This document shows, piece after piece, positions 44,237-52,850 of a stretch of DNA of 64,000 nt. The stretch covers positions 36,761-100,760 of the forward strand of contig JAYVHA010000017.1 of the NCBI GenBank assembly GCA_043771635.1. The letters run 5' to 3'. Origin of the DNA: Candidatus Woesearchaeota archaeon (GTDB lineage: Archaea; Nanobdellota; Nanobdellia; Woesearchaeales; SKIA01). The notes under the pieces were generated by a model. It was not told the DNA's origin. It did not search any database and saw only the letters and a program-made list of their open reading frames with translations. How positions within the stretch are numbered: position 1 is the stretch's first letter; every line of letters starts with the position of its first letter. Both the position numbers and the translations under genes were made by a program.

Positions 44237-44689
44237 TCAGGCCAGTTCTTCCTTATCGTGAAGGTGCGCGCCAACGACAAGCGCGCCTGAAATAATTAGT
44301 AAATTCTTGATAATATATTGGCCTTCCATGGTTGGTAGTAGGAAGCCTTGCCAAGTAATGTGTGGCAGGATAAACAGGGGGATCACTGTACCAACCATTT
44401 GAGGCGCAAGTAATAGTAGCGCTACAGGTACTGCTTTGCGCCACAGGAAACACAACCCAATAAGTACTTCCCACCAGCCAAGGAAAGGAACAAACCATGC
44501 TGGATCAAACCAGTACACGGTTTGCGTTACGAGTTCAATTGCAGGACTAAATCCAATTACTTTCAGAAAACCAAACCAGATGAACACAACTGCTATAGAA
44601 TACCGCAGAGCTCTGATGCCGTATTCGCGCATCCAGAGTACTGCCTTCGTTTCCAGTGAATCATAGAGACCAAGCATATAATTTAGCAA
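44237..44689 (-). CDS. Four-TM membrane protein, DoxX/DUF417-like
   Basis: 'RYSIAVVFIWFGFLKVIGFSP' and 'WWEVLIGLCFLW' follow a pattern typical of DoxX-like proteins. The assignment is tentative. Confidence 0.5.
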   Translation of the reverse strand: MLNYMLGLYDSLETKAVLWMREYGIRALRYSIAVVFIWFGFLKVIGFSPAIELVTQTVYWFDPAWFVPFLGWWEVLIGLCFLWRKAVPVALLLLAPQMVGTVIPLFILPHITWQGFLLPTMEGQYIIKNLLIISGALVVGAHLHDKEELA

Positions 44690-44932
44690 CTGTAAGACAA
44701 TTTAAACTAGGCGGTTCTAATGGAGTCGTGGGTGCGCACTTCTTCAGTGGTATTGATCTTGCGTGGATGGACGCGCATCCAACGAGCGCAAAAGCATGCT
44801 GCTCCTGCGGCCGAATCATGACTGAACGGGCAAAGTGGAAGGACTTTGCACGAGTCAAATAGTGCCGCGTTCGCCGTAGGCACCAGCGCCGAACATAATT
44901 ATGCTACGTTTAGATACTGCTTCGCGCACGTA

Positions 44933-45214
44933 TTACTTTTGCTTGCGAATGACGCTTGACATGGCGTGCGCGTAGCCTCCCAAAAGCAGCAGTCCGAGAC
45001 CTGTAATGGAGGCTACGTTACCGGTATAGTGGATTACTTGAGGATGAATTGGAAGCCGCCCTAATCGGGCTTCAGTATGGGTGCGGAGTGCGCTCATACC
45101 TTGTTCGTGCGCATACAGAGAACTAGCTGTTCCAGCGATATAGAGTGCGCCGCCAGTCACTGCTACAATTCGTGACTTGCGACAAATTATATCAAGATTA
45201 TTTTCTTGAGTCAT
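44933..45214 (-). CDS. Small two-TM protein (start taken at the internal ATG)
   Basis: 'IVAVTGGALYIAGTASSLY' and 'VASITGLGLLLLGGYAHA' are hydrophobic. Coding status is weakly supported. Confidence 0.35.
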   Translation of the reverse strand: MTQENNLDIICRKSRIVAVTGGALYIAGTASSLYAHEQGMSALRTHTEARLGRLPIHPQVIHYTGNVASITGLGLLLLGGYAHAMSSVIRKQK

Positions 45215-45303
45215 GAGAACTGTGAAGTTTATTGCTTTTCTTAAATCCTTTGTGGCCCGCGCAAACCCGAACCCATATAAACTCGGAATGATGCAAATAC
45301 ATA

Positions 45304-45684
45304 ATGACAACTGAGCGTATCATCTTTGTATACAACGCTGAGCAAGGCCTGTTTAACGGCCTCTCAGACTACACGCACCGCGTGTTCTCCCCGAGCTCAT
45401 ACGAGTGCTCGCTATGCGCTCTAACTTACGGCACAATCGGTATGCGAAGCGCTTGGAAGCAGTATGTGCGCAAGCTTGACACGCCTTCAGTATTTTTGCA
45501 TCGCGACGAATTTCGCCGGCATTATGCTAAGCAGCTAGGGCAAAGCTTTCCTAACGGCGTGCAGTTTCCAGTAATTTTTGCGTTGGAAAATAAGCAACTG
45601 CATGTTCTTGCAAGCGCGCAAGAACTAAAACTATGCAAGACGCTTGAAGACTTGAAAGACCTGCTCACTGAGCGCTTACTCTAG
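45304..45684 (+). CDS. Hypothetical protein, conserved-looking ('FVYNA..G.FN...D..H..FSP..Y.C.LC..T')
   Basis: TATA 'ATATAAA' at 45275-45281 is centred 26 nt upstream. The motif resembles an uncharacterised, mainly bacterial family (from memory, unverified). Confidence 0.5.
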   Translation: MTTERIIFVYNAEQGLFNGLSDYTHRVFSPSSYECSLCALTYGTIGMRSAWKQYVRKLDTPSVFLHRDEFRRHYAKQLGQSFPNGVQFPVIFALENKQLHVLASAQELKLCKTLEDLKDLLTERLL

Positions 45685-45694
45685 TAATTGAGTA

Positions 45695-46270
45695 TTAGTC
45701 GAGCCTGAGTTCGGCGCCATAGCTCTCGCGCATATGTCTTCGCGCAAACGTAAGGTTTGAGCGAACAGTGCCTTCAGGTTTACCGCTGAGCGCACTTATC
45801 TGCGGGCTATTTAGCTCATGGACCACCGAGTAAACAAAGCAATTACGCCACTTTGGATTCATGCTTGCTGTACCAAGCGCCACGAGCGTTTGCAGGTCTA
45901 GTTGCGCATCGAGCTGCGGGTCAGGGTTTGCGAGGATATCCATCATTCGGGTCGTTTTCATGTGTGCGCTTACGCGCTGCATGTCTTTTGCTACATTTTT
46001 GAGCGCGGTTACAAGATATGGCATGGGTGCGCCGCCCGAGAAGTTATGAATTATTTTTGGAAGCTTAGCATATAGCGTAGCAAGTAAGTCCTGCGCGTCG
46101 TCAGGCGTTTGCGCTTTGTACTCTGCAAACTTACTGAGGCGCTCATGGTATAGTTTTACTATGTCTTGAGCTATGTCCTCAATTCCGTCAAACGATGCTC
46201 CGTCCGTTCGGGCTGCGCGCATGCGCTCGCTAAGGCGTTCATCCTCATCGTTCATGATGGCAGGCACCAC
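45695..46270 (-). CDS. ECF sigma-70-like protein (region 2 plus region 4 HTH)
   Basis: The region-2-like segment is 'DDAQDLLATLYAKL...PYLVTALKNVAKDMQR'. The region-4-like segment is 'RNCFVYSVVHELNSPQISALSGKPEGTVRSNLTFARRHMRE'. Confidence 0.55.
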   Translation of the reverse strand: MVPAIMNDEDERLSERMRAARTDGASFDGIEDIAQDIVKLYHERLSKFAEYKAQTPDDAQDLLATLYAKLPKIIHNFSGGAPMPYLVTALKNVAKDMQRVSAHMKTTRMMDILANPDPQLDAQLDLQTLVALGTASMNPKWRNCFVYSVVHELNSPQISALSGKPEGTVRSNLTFARRHMRESYGAELRLD

Positions 46271-46337
46271 TATGGTGTTATGAGTCTTTCGCTAGTGGCT
46301 GCCGCAAGTGTTCGCGCAGGCTGCTAAGTTTGTTGTT

Positions 46338-47558
46338 TTATACCGTAAACTTGCCGTCCTTGTAGATTACGACTGTCTTGCCATTTCGAAGCGAGGCAGT
46401 GACTACGCGGTCAAGGGTCGACACGATGTCCACATGCGTCTTTGCAAAATTAAACCCTAGGGCGTCGAGCTCCGCCTGAGAGCGTTGCTCAGTGCCTTTG
46501 TATGATTCAGGAAACGAGCTACCGAGTGCAATGTGCGTATTGCCGGTTGGTTTGAAAACGCCTTTTTCCCAGTGGCCGCCAGTATTTTCATCGAATAGTG
46601 TTGTTCCCATAAATCGTTCAATTTTGGAAATTCTGCTGTCGGTGAGGCTAAATTCTCCTAATCGATTGGCTCCAGGAATGGCAAGCAATGCCTCGAGCAT
46701 TGGCGCTCCAACTTTCGCTTCTGCCTGCGATACAATTCCATCTTTGAACGTTAGTTGTATATCTTGAATCCGTCCGCCCTGATAGTATAGTGGTTGATTA
46801 AACCGCATACGTCCGTCTATTCGTCGATAGTCTGGACTAACAAATACTTCAAAGCTGGGAATATTTGTTCCTCGTCCGCCGAGCCATTTTCGGTTACTGC
46901 CAATTCCGATGGTTATGTCTGTGTCTTGCGCTTCAATGTGTACTGAATCCATCTGAAGGTCGGTGAGCCAATCGCGGATGGTGCAAATGTGCTGCTGCGC
47001 TTCGCGATTACGTTGCACTGGATTTGTGTCGTAGAGAAAACACGCTTTTGCGATTTGATCCCAATACTCTGTTTTGGTGAGTTTTGCCTCGCGCGCCATG
47101 GCTGCAGTACCATACAGGCCATAAGTTTCGTTAAACGCGCCGAGGGCTTCCTTTGCATCGATGCAGCTTCGGCTTACGGTAAGAATTTGGTTCCGCGCTG
47201 CTCGCTTTTCAACCGCAATATGCTGCAGCTCAGTCGGATTGTCCTCTGCAATAATGTAGATGCGGTGATCTGCTTCGCTGATTCGTGCGCGAATCATTTG
47301 TTCCGGTTGCCAGCTAATTTGCTCAAGCGAGCCGTGTTCCAGGAGGTTTCGGGTGAGCCCTGATGGTATATAGTGGACGAGTGGTTGGCCGCCTGCAGCA
47401 AGGACTGCTTGGTGGAGTGGTTCCAAAAATGGTTGCGCTGCTTCAGGTACGTGCAGAATCGTAACAGCGCCGGGCTTCATTCCTGCGCCGCCATTGAGTC
47501 CTGCTTCTACAAGGACTTGTGCGTACGAGTCGAGGAGCGAGCGCTCAGGTACTCTCAT
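46338..47558 (-). CDS. Aminopeptidase, M29 (AmpS/PepS/aminopeptidase T) family, copy A
   Basis: 'NIPSFEVFVSPD', 'GEFSLTD', 'TLFDEN' and 'GNTHIALG' are family motifs. It is the tandem paralog of 47589..48797. Confidence 0.85.
   Translation of the reverse strand: MRVPERSLLDSYAQVLVEAGLNGGAGMKPGAVTILHVPEAAQPFLEPLHQAVLAAGGQPLVHYIPSGLTRNLLEHGSLEQISWQPEQMIRARISEADHRIYIIAEDNPTELQHIAVEKRAARNQILTVSRSCIDAKEALGAFNETYGLYGTAAMAREAKLTKTEYWDQIAKACFLYDTNPVQRNREAQQHICTIRDWLTDLQMDSVHIEAQDTDITIGIGSNRKWLGGRGTNIPSFEVFVSPDYRRIDGRMRFNQPLYYQGGRIQDIQLTFKDGIVSQAEAKVGAPMLEALLAIPGANRLGEFSLTDSRISKIERFMGTTLFDENTGGHWEKGVFKPTGNTHIALGSSFPESYKGTEQRSQAELDALGFNFAKTHVDIVSTLDRVVTASLRNGKTVVIYKDGKFTV
46360..46391. repeat. 32-nt block identical to 47611..47642 (3' ends of the two aminopeptidase paralogs)
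   Basis: ttgtagattacgactgtcttgccatttcgaag is present in both copies, while the rest of the genes are only about 40-45% identical at the protein level by eye. Confidence 0.85.
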
Positions 47559-47588
47559 GCAGTAGTTATTTTGTGGTTATTTATAATC

Positions 47589-48797
47589 CTATACTTGGAA
47601 CTGGCCGTTTTTGTAGATTACGACTGTCTTGCCATTTCGAAGTGTGGCAGTCACGGTTCGGTCGCTTGTTGCAACGATATCGGTGTGTACTGCGCTGTCG
47701 TTATAGCCCATGGTTTCCCATTGCTTCTTGGTTACTTTTGCCGGGTCGCTCTGGTAGCAGTCGTGGTACGCTTTGCCAAGCGCAAGATGCGTGTTTCCGT
47801 AGCGTCCGCCAACGTTTTCGTCAAAGAGCGTGTCTGCCATGAACTTAGTGATTTCTGAGTGACGGCTGTCAGTTAGTGAGTATTCGCCGATCATGTTTGC
47901 GCCCTTTTCGGCAATCATTTTCTTGAGCCATGCGGCGCCAGTCTTTGCTTTGACATCAACGACTTTGCCGGCTTTGAAGGTTAATGAAATGCCGGTTGCT
48001 TTGTTGCCGTAACGGTACAATGGTTCAGTAAAAGTAATAGTGCCTTCTGTGCGCCGAAAGTCTGGGCTTGTGAAGCACTCAAAACTTGGAATGTTTCGGC
48101 CGGTGCCGCCGATCCATTTGTGCTTTGGATGGAAGCCGACAATTAGGTTGGTGCCTGGCGCGCTTACGTGGACGTGGTCGATTCCAAGTTTGGTGAGTTT
48201 CGCCGCAACCGCTTGAATTTCCTTTTGCGTGCGGTGCCAGCGTGCAACAGGGTCTTTTTCATTCAAGTAACAGGCTTTGATGATTTGGTTCCAGTATTCT
48301 TTCTGGGAGAGGCCAGCTTCTTTTGCCATCGCAGGCGTGCCGTACATTCCGAGCGTCCAGTGGAATTTGCCTTTGTTCTCTTTCTCGTTCATCCACTCAC
48401 TCATTGGCTTGTTCGCGCGGCCTGAGCGCATGATCTTTTGCGGATCGATGCCGGAGAGTTCCTGCATATTTGTTTCCGCAATAATTGCGACGTAGTGGTC
48501 TGCTTGGTCAACCATTCCTTTGGCGAATTTCGCGGGAAAAAAGTCGAGCTGGGCGTCGCTTGCAAGCTCGAAATACGCGCGTTGTAGCCCGTCTGGCGTG
48601 TAGCGCATTAATGGCTGCCCGCCCGCTCGAAGTACTTCTTTGTATATCTCAACTAGTAGTGGCCTCGCGGCTTCTGGAACTCTTAGAACGACGGTTTGGC
48701 CTTTCTTTATGCCGTGGCCGTCGCCAAGTCCAGCGTGTATAAGCACTTTCGCGTAGCGTTCGAGAATCTGCTGTGGAGGAGTGTAGATTTTTGCCAT
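47589..48797 (-). CDS. Aminopeptidase, M29 family, copy B
   Basis: 'NIPSFECFTSPD', 'GEYSLTD', 'TLFDEN' and 'GNTHLALG' are family motifs. Confidence 0.85.
   Translation of the reverse strand: MAKIYTPPQQILERYAKVLIHAGLGDGHGIKKGQTVVLRVPEAARPLLVEIYKEVLRAGGQPLMRYTPDGLQRAYFELASDAQLDFFPAKFAKGMVDQADHYVAIIAETNMQELSGIDPQKIMRSGRANKPMSEWMNEKENKGKFHWTLGMYGTPAMAKEAGLSQKEYWNQIIKACYLNEKDPVARWHRTQKEIQAVAAKLTKLGIDHVHVSAPGTNLIVGFHPKHKWIGGTGRNIPSFECFTSPDFRRTEGTITFTEPLYRYGNKATGISLTFKAGKVVDVKAKTGAAWLKKMIAEKGANMIGEYSLTDSRHSEITKFMADTLFDENVGGRYGNTHLALGKAYHDCYQSDPAKVTKKQWETMGYNDSAVHTDIVATSDRTVTATLRNGKTVVIYKNGQFQV
47611..47642. repeat. 32-nt block identical to 46360..46391
   Basis: See 46360..46391. Confidence 0.85.
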
Positions 48798-48842
48798 TTT
48801 TTGCTCAATTGGACTTTCTTATTGCTTTCTGGAACCCTAGTT

Positions 48843-48850
48843 TTTATAAA
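48843..48850 (+). promoter_or_regulatory. TATA box for tRNA-Val
   Basis: 'TTTATAAA' is centred 29.5 nt upstream of the tRNA 5' end. Confidence 0.55.
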
Positions 48851-48875
48851 TGTAAGCGGTGCCCTAATCGTACAA

Positions 48876-48948
48876 GGGCCCATAGTTTAGTGGCTATAAC
48901 GTCTCGTTTACACCGAGAAGGTCGCCGGTTCGAGTCCGGCTGGGCCCA
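48876..48948 (+). tRNA. tRNA-Val (anticodon UAC). No CCA is encoded.
   Basis: GGGCCCA/TGGGCCC acceptor, TCTCG-TTTACAC-CGAGA anticodon arm, GCCGG-TTCGAGT-CCGGC T arm. Confidence 0.9.
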
Positions 48949-49018
48949 TTCCTTGTTTCTCAAGCTGCTGGATAATCGTTTCTTTGCCTGCTTCGCTTTC
49001 TGCTAGCTGGGTGCTTGC

Positions 49019-49420
49019 TTACCAGTTGTGTAGTTTGATGTATTTCTTCTTGACGAATGGAGTGTAATGTGCGTCTTTTGCAAGCAGCATGTCGCATTGA
49101 TGAATATGCGCTGTAGCTGCTACCAAGGAGTCTACTAGCGGCACGCCGTAGCTCAGAGAAATTACTGCACCTTCCATGGCAATAGCTTTATCGACAGATA
49201 TAATGCGAATTTTTTCTGACTGTTCTATACTATCAAAAAATAGCTCCACTCCTGCGCGCTTTTTTCCCCGGTGTAAAAGTTGTTTCATTGTTTCCGCTAT
49301 AACAACTGCAGGCACAATTATATGTGATTTGCCTTCCTTAGCGTCCTTAAATATTTGCAGTGCTTTAGCTTTACTTTCGCTAAGCTCGAGCATAAACCAG
49401 GTATCGGCGCAGTAGTTCAT
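49019..49420 (-). CDS. vapC: PIN-domain toxin (VapC)
   Basis: Acidic PIN residues are in 'CADTWF', 'VDSLVAATA' and 'LLAKDAHY'. There is a 4-nt ATGA overlap with the upstream antitoxin. Confidence 0.8.
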   Translation of the reverse strand: MNYCADTWFMLELSESKAKALQIFKDAKEGKSHIIVPAVVIAETMKQLLHRGKKRAGVELFFDSIEQSEKIRIISVDKAIAMEGAVISLSYGVPLVDSLVAATAHIHQCDMLLAKDAHYTPFVKKKYIKLHNW

Positions 49421-49692
49421 GAGCGTTCTTTAAGTCGCTCTGCAAGTACTGCTTCCCATGCTGCATCGACATCAATAGGTGGTCCTTGCATCATGGCGAT
49501 TGCTTCGAGAATCTTATCTTCAGGCGACTTTACTGTGCGCTTTGCCAGCTTAATGTCTCCGCTCGGTAGTCGCTCCAAGTTGAATTCGTCATCCTCTTCT
49601 AATTGGTAGAAGTCGCGCAGTTTTTTTGGGAGGGTGAGTTGTCCTTTCTTGCCAAGTTTTACCACGCTAGCGAACGATTGGAAGGGTTTCAT
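49417..49692 (-). CDS. vapB: AbrB/SpoVT-type antitoxin (VapB-like)
   Basis: 'VKLGKKGQLTLPKKLRDFYQLEEDDEFNLERLPSGDIKL' is a swapped-hairpin AbrB motif. The start is taken at the ATG at 49692. Confidence 0.75.
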   Translation of the reverse strand: MKPFQSFASVVKLGKKGQLTLPKKLRDFYQLEEDDEFNLERLPSGDIKLAKRTVKSPEDKILEAIAMMQGPPIDVDAAWEAVLAERLKERS

Positions 49693-49785
49693 AGTACACG
49701 GGGTGTATCTGTACAATTTATATTTTTCGGAAAAGCGGCGAATTTCGGAAAAAACCTTAATTTAACGTAAGCGCTCCGGAGCGGT

Positions 49786-50250
49786 TTATCGCATTCTTGC
49801 AATGCGCTTAAGTTCTTTCTTTGTTGTCTTCGCGTGCTTGTCAAACACTTGCACTGGCGGAATTAGGGGAACAAGGCATGCGAACGCTGTCGCAAGGCCG
49901 GCATGCACATACATGCCAAAGCCGATTCCCATACCAATTGCCGCAGCAAACCACACGCTTGCTGCGGTGGTGAGGTTCTTGATAGCGCCATCTTTGCCTT
50001 TGAGAATGATGCCTGCGCCAAGGAAGCCTACACCACTCACAATCTGGGCTGCTATTCTGCTTTGCGACATCGGGTCAACTTGCGTCGAGAAAAACGTGAA
50101 CATCATAGCGCCCGCAATGACGAGCGTGTTTGTACTTATACCGGCAGGCTTACCGCGGCGCTCGCGGCCATATCCAATAAGAAACCCTGCGCCGAGCGCG
50201 AAAATTAGCTTACCGATAAAGTCTATTTCCGAGCCGGTAAAGAATGCCAT
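49786..50250 (-). CDS. mgtC: MgtC/SapB family membrane protein
   Basis: 'GAGFLIGYGRERRGKPAGISTNTLVIAGAMMF' and 'AAQIVSGVGFLGAGIILK' are typical MgtC motifs. Confidence 0.8.
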   Translation of the reverse strand: MAFFTGSEIDFIGKLIFALGAGFLIGYGRERRGKPAGISTNTLVIAGAMMFTFFSTQVDPMSQSRIAAQIVSGVGFLGAGIILKGKDGAIKNLTTAASVWFAAAIGMGIGFGMYVHAGLATAFACLVPLIPPVQVFDKHAKTTKKELKRIARMR

Positions 50251-50311
50251 GTGACTGAATTCGGAATTTAGTTTTTATGTGTTGCTAACTGCTTATACGA
50301 TTATTTCTGTT

Positions 50312-50992
50312 TTAAAACACTTTCTTGATTTTAATCGGCGCGTTCATCAGCAGCGCGAAAATTGCGATATAGTACGGGAACCACGTGTATGGCGCGCCAA
50401 GAAAAATCATCAGCGGCAGCAATATTCCGTTAACGGTAGTTGGCACGCCATAAAACACTCCTTCTACTTGTTGCACGTTAAAACGGCCGAGTCTTAGTGC
50501 GGCGGAGAGCACGAATAGAGCGCCTGCTGCGATGCTGAAGAGGCCGGGCTCAATCATTGCGACAAGGAACGCGGGCGCGACTCCGAACGTAACTAGGTCG
50601 CTAAGGCTGTCTAGCTCTTTACCAAGCGCGCTTGTTTCGCTGAAAGCTCTTGCGGCTTTGCCGTCAAGCCAATCGCAAAGTACTCCTGCAATTATGAAAA
50701 TTGCTGATAGCATGAACGCCTCTCTTGCTGCGGCAATAATTGACAGGAAGCCGAAAACTCCGTTTAGTAATGTCAAAGTATTTGCAAGGTTAATTCTGAA
50801 TAGCTTAACTGCTTGCTGCGTAACGACTTTTGCGTTTTCCTGCGCAACTTTTACGGTCGCAACGGTTTTTAGTCGTGCTTGCCGCGTACTCGCGCGAATA
50901 GTTCTGGCTTGTTTTAGTGCCTTTGATGCTATTCGCTTTGTTTGCTCGCGCGCTTTAGTAATTGCTTGCGCAGGAAGTCGTTTCGGTGTCAT
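50312..50992 (-). CDS. pssA: CDP-alcohol phosphatidyltransferase (archaetidylserine synthase-like) with a roughly 70-aa basic N-terminal extension
   Basis: 'DWLDGKAARAFSETSALGKELDSLSD' matches D-x2-D-G-x2-A-R-x8-G-x3-D-x3-D exactly. Confidence 0.85.
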   Translation of the reverse strand: MTPKRLPAQAITKAREQTKRIASKALKQARTIRASTRQARLKTVATVKVAQENAKVVTQQAVKLFRINLANTLTLLNGVFGFLSIIAAAREAFMLSAIFIIAGVLCDWLDGKAARAFSETSALGKELDSLSDLVTFGVAPAFLVAMIEPGLFSIAAGALFVLSAALRLGRFNVQQVEGVFYGVPTTVNGILLPLMIFLGAPYTWFPYYIAIFALLMNAPIKIKKVF

Positions 50993-50994
50993 GT

Positions 50995-51621
50995 TTATTC
51001 AGCAATTTTTGTTATGCCATCAAATACTGTTTCGCCAATTTTTACGTGCACAGTTGCTTTTGGCAGGACTAATGCGACTTGGCTGCCAAACGTAATTTTA
51101 GCAATGCGCTGCGCTTGATGAACTTGCTCGCCGATCTTCGCGATAGGGCGTACTCTTCTTGCTAGGAGCCCTGCGATAGCATACACTTTGCAGCGCCTAC
51201 CATTGTTACCTTGAATCGTGTACATTGCGTGCTCGTTCTCTGCAGTTGCTTTCTTGTAATCGCCAAAGACGGCGTTTAGTTTCAGGCCTGGTCTATGTGC
51301 GACGTTTACAATGCGGCCGGCTATTGGTGCGCGCTGCGTGTGAATGTGCTGTGGCTTCATCATAATTACTATGATAGTTTTGCCTTCAGGGAAGTCGTCA
51401 AAGAACGCGGTGATGCCGTTATTTCCTTTCTTTATTTTTGTTGATTTGTCTGTTGGCTTGCGCTCGATAATATCAACGACTACTCCGTTTGCTGGAGAGA
51501 TGAAACCTTTGTAATTCGGGTCTGCACGCTCTGGATCGCGGTGCAAGTACCACCAGACGATGCTTATTAGTGCGATGAGCGCTGCCGCGCTGCTTCCGAG
51601 AACGAGGAAGTTCATGAACAC
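50995..51621 (-). CDS. psd: Phosphatidylserine (archaetidylserine) decarboxylase-like proenzyme
   Basis: It has an N-terminal TM segment and 'FGSQV' at the expected G-S-(T/S) self-cleavage position. It is 2 nt from pssA. Confidence 0.7.
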   Translation of the reverse strand: MFMNFLVLGSSAAALIALISIVWWYLHRDPERADPNYKGFISPANGVVVDIIERKPTDKSTKIKKGNNGITAFFDDFPEGKTIIVIMMKPQHIHTQRAPIAGRIVNVAHRPGLKLNAVFGDYKKATAENEHAMYTIQGNNGRRCKVYAIAGLLARRVRPIAKIGEQVHQAQRIAKITFGSQVALVLPKATVHVKIGETVFDGITKIAE

Positions 51622-51708
51622 TTTGGGTTGTAGGACTATTTAAATCCGCGCGGTTTCCACTGGACATCTACGCGTAAGGTATTTCTTTAATAGTTTTCTT
51701 AGTTAACT

Positions 51709-52401
51709 ATGCACTCTTCCGAGCATAATCGTGCCGTTGCCTTGGCGCGGTGGGCGAGAGTCCGAGAGCGAGAACGCGCAGCATTTGGCGGGCATGAAGT
51801 TGCAGTAGCAAAAGCTGCTCTTTGTGGATTTCTTGCTGGTGACGGAAATATTAAGCGTAGATTAGCGCCGGAAGGGTTCTATCGTTATTATATCAATTGC
51901 TTTCCAGATGATGACGAGATGCTAGCGGCCTATCTTCGCTTTTTTTATGAAGTGTACGCAAAGGCACCTAGGGTAACGCCTATGCAAGGTTATTTTGCCG
52001 TAAAATGTTCTCATCAATCAATAGGTGAAGATATTTTGAAATTTGCACAATTTGGAATTCACACTTGGAGTATTCCTAATTTTAGAACATCAATTGAAAA
52101 AATAGCTTGGCTAAGGGCATTTTTTTCAGCCGAAGGGTATGTTGGAGTAAAATCTGTTCGCATCCAAACAGTTAATGCTCGTGGAATGAATGAAATCTCA
52201 GTCTGCCTTAAAGAGTTAGCAATTCATCACAACTGCTACTTGTATAAGCCTAAGAACGCCAATCATTCAACGGTTCACATCATTACAATTTTGCGTTTTG
52301 AAGCTAGATTGCGATATGCTCGAATTATAGGTTTTTGGCACAAGAAAAAGACTGCCGCTCTGAGAAAAACACTAGATTTAAAAGACAACTTTGAATCGTA
52401 A
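51709..52401 (+). CDS. Free-standing double-motif LAGLIDADG homing endonuclease
   Basis: 'LCGFLAGDGNI' and 'LRAFFSAEGYV' are about 100 residues apart, which is the monomeric I-DmoI-like arrangement. Confidence 0.7.
   Translation: MHSSEHNRAVALARWARVRERERAAFGGHEVAVAKAALCGFLAGDGNIKRRLAPEGFYRYYINCFPDDDEMLAAYLRFFYEVYAKAPRVTPMQGYFAVKCSHQSIGEDILKFAQFGIHTWSIPNFRTSIEKIAWLRAFFSAEGYVGVKSVRIQTVNARGMNEISVCLKELAIHHNCYLYKPKNANHSTVHIITILRFEARLRYARIIGFWHKKKTAALRKTLDLKDNFES
52377..52384 (+). promoter_or_regulatory. TATA box for tRNA-Ser, embedded in the 3' end of the LAGLIDADG ORF
   Basis: 'TTTAAAAG' is centred 29.5 nt upstream of the tRNA 5' end. Confidence 0.45.
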
Positions 52402-52409
52402 GCTTAACT

Positions 52410-52494
52410 GCCGCGATGGCACAACCTGGTTACTGCGCGAGATTGGAAATCTCGTTTCCGCAAGGATTTCCCGGTTCAAATCCGGGTCGCGGCG
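52410..52494 (+). tRNA. tRNA-Ser (anticodon GGA), class II with a variable arm. No CCA is encoded.
   Basis: GCCGCGA/TCGCGGC acceptor, 3-bp D stem, CGAGA-TTGGAAA-TCTCG anticodon arm, variable stem TCC-GCAA-GGA, CCCGG-TTCAAAT-CCGGG T arm. Confidence 0.85.
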
Positions 52495-52650
52495 TTTACT
52501 TCTTTGTTAAACCTTTTTACGGCACTTGCAGTTGATACTGGAAGGGTACGTACAAGTTGTACCTGTCCTTTGGAGAGCTTCTCATCTAGGCTTTTGGATG
52601 TGTATGCCCTGTTCTGCAGAGGTGTACGGTTGTGTTTAGCGTGGTAATTT

Positions 52651-52677
52651 CAGTTAGTTACAATTTGTAACTGACTG
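52651..52677. repeat. 27-nt near-perfect palindrome with core GTTACAATTTGTAAC
   Basis: In cagttagttacaa-t-ttgtaactgactg, 12 of 13 arm positions are complementary. Confidence 0.8.
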
Positions 52678-52829
52678 CCCCAATCGCGTCCGTACCTTTT
52701 TCCATCTGCGCTTAGAGGTTTCAGTTGTACGCAATCTGTGTACAGCTCAACTTTGTTTTCAGGTAGCATGCCTTTAGCGTTAGCTTAGTCCTTCTCCCGT
52801 AGCTTGCCGTCCTTTGCCGGCAATTTGAA

Positions 52830-52850
52830 CCCGTTACAATTTGTAATGGG
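52830..52850. repeat. 21-nt dyad sharing the same 14-nt core GTTACAATTTGTAA
   Basis: In cccgttacaa-t-ttgtaatggg, 9 of 10 positions are complementary and 1 is G:T. A third partial copy, GTTACAATATG, is at 52880-52890. Confidence 0.8.

Noticed and set aside
44656-44862. Overlapping 65-68-aa ORFs on both strands in the 44690-44932 gap
   Set aside because: Neither has a TATA box at the expected distance, an SD site or any motif. Equal-length ORFs on both strands suggest chance. The gap may still hold something, but I cannot support a call.
47373-47858. 161-aa and 107-aa plus-strand ORFs bridging the two aminopeptidase genes
   Set aside because: They are antisense to both M29 genes and have Cys/Arg/Val-rich nonsense composition.
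49802-50254. 150-aa and 101-aa plus-strand ORFs
   Set aside because: They are fully antisense to the mgtC-family gene, which has clear family motifs. They are shadow ORFs.
50532-51095. 187-aa plus-strand ORF
   Set aside because: It is antisense to pssA, which matches the CDP-alcohol phosphatidyltransferase motif exactly, and to the start of psd. The sequence is low-complexity Ala/Ser/Arg.
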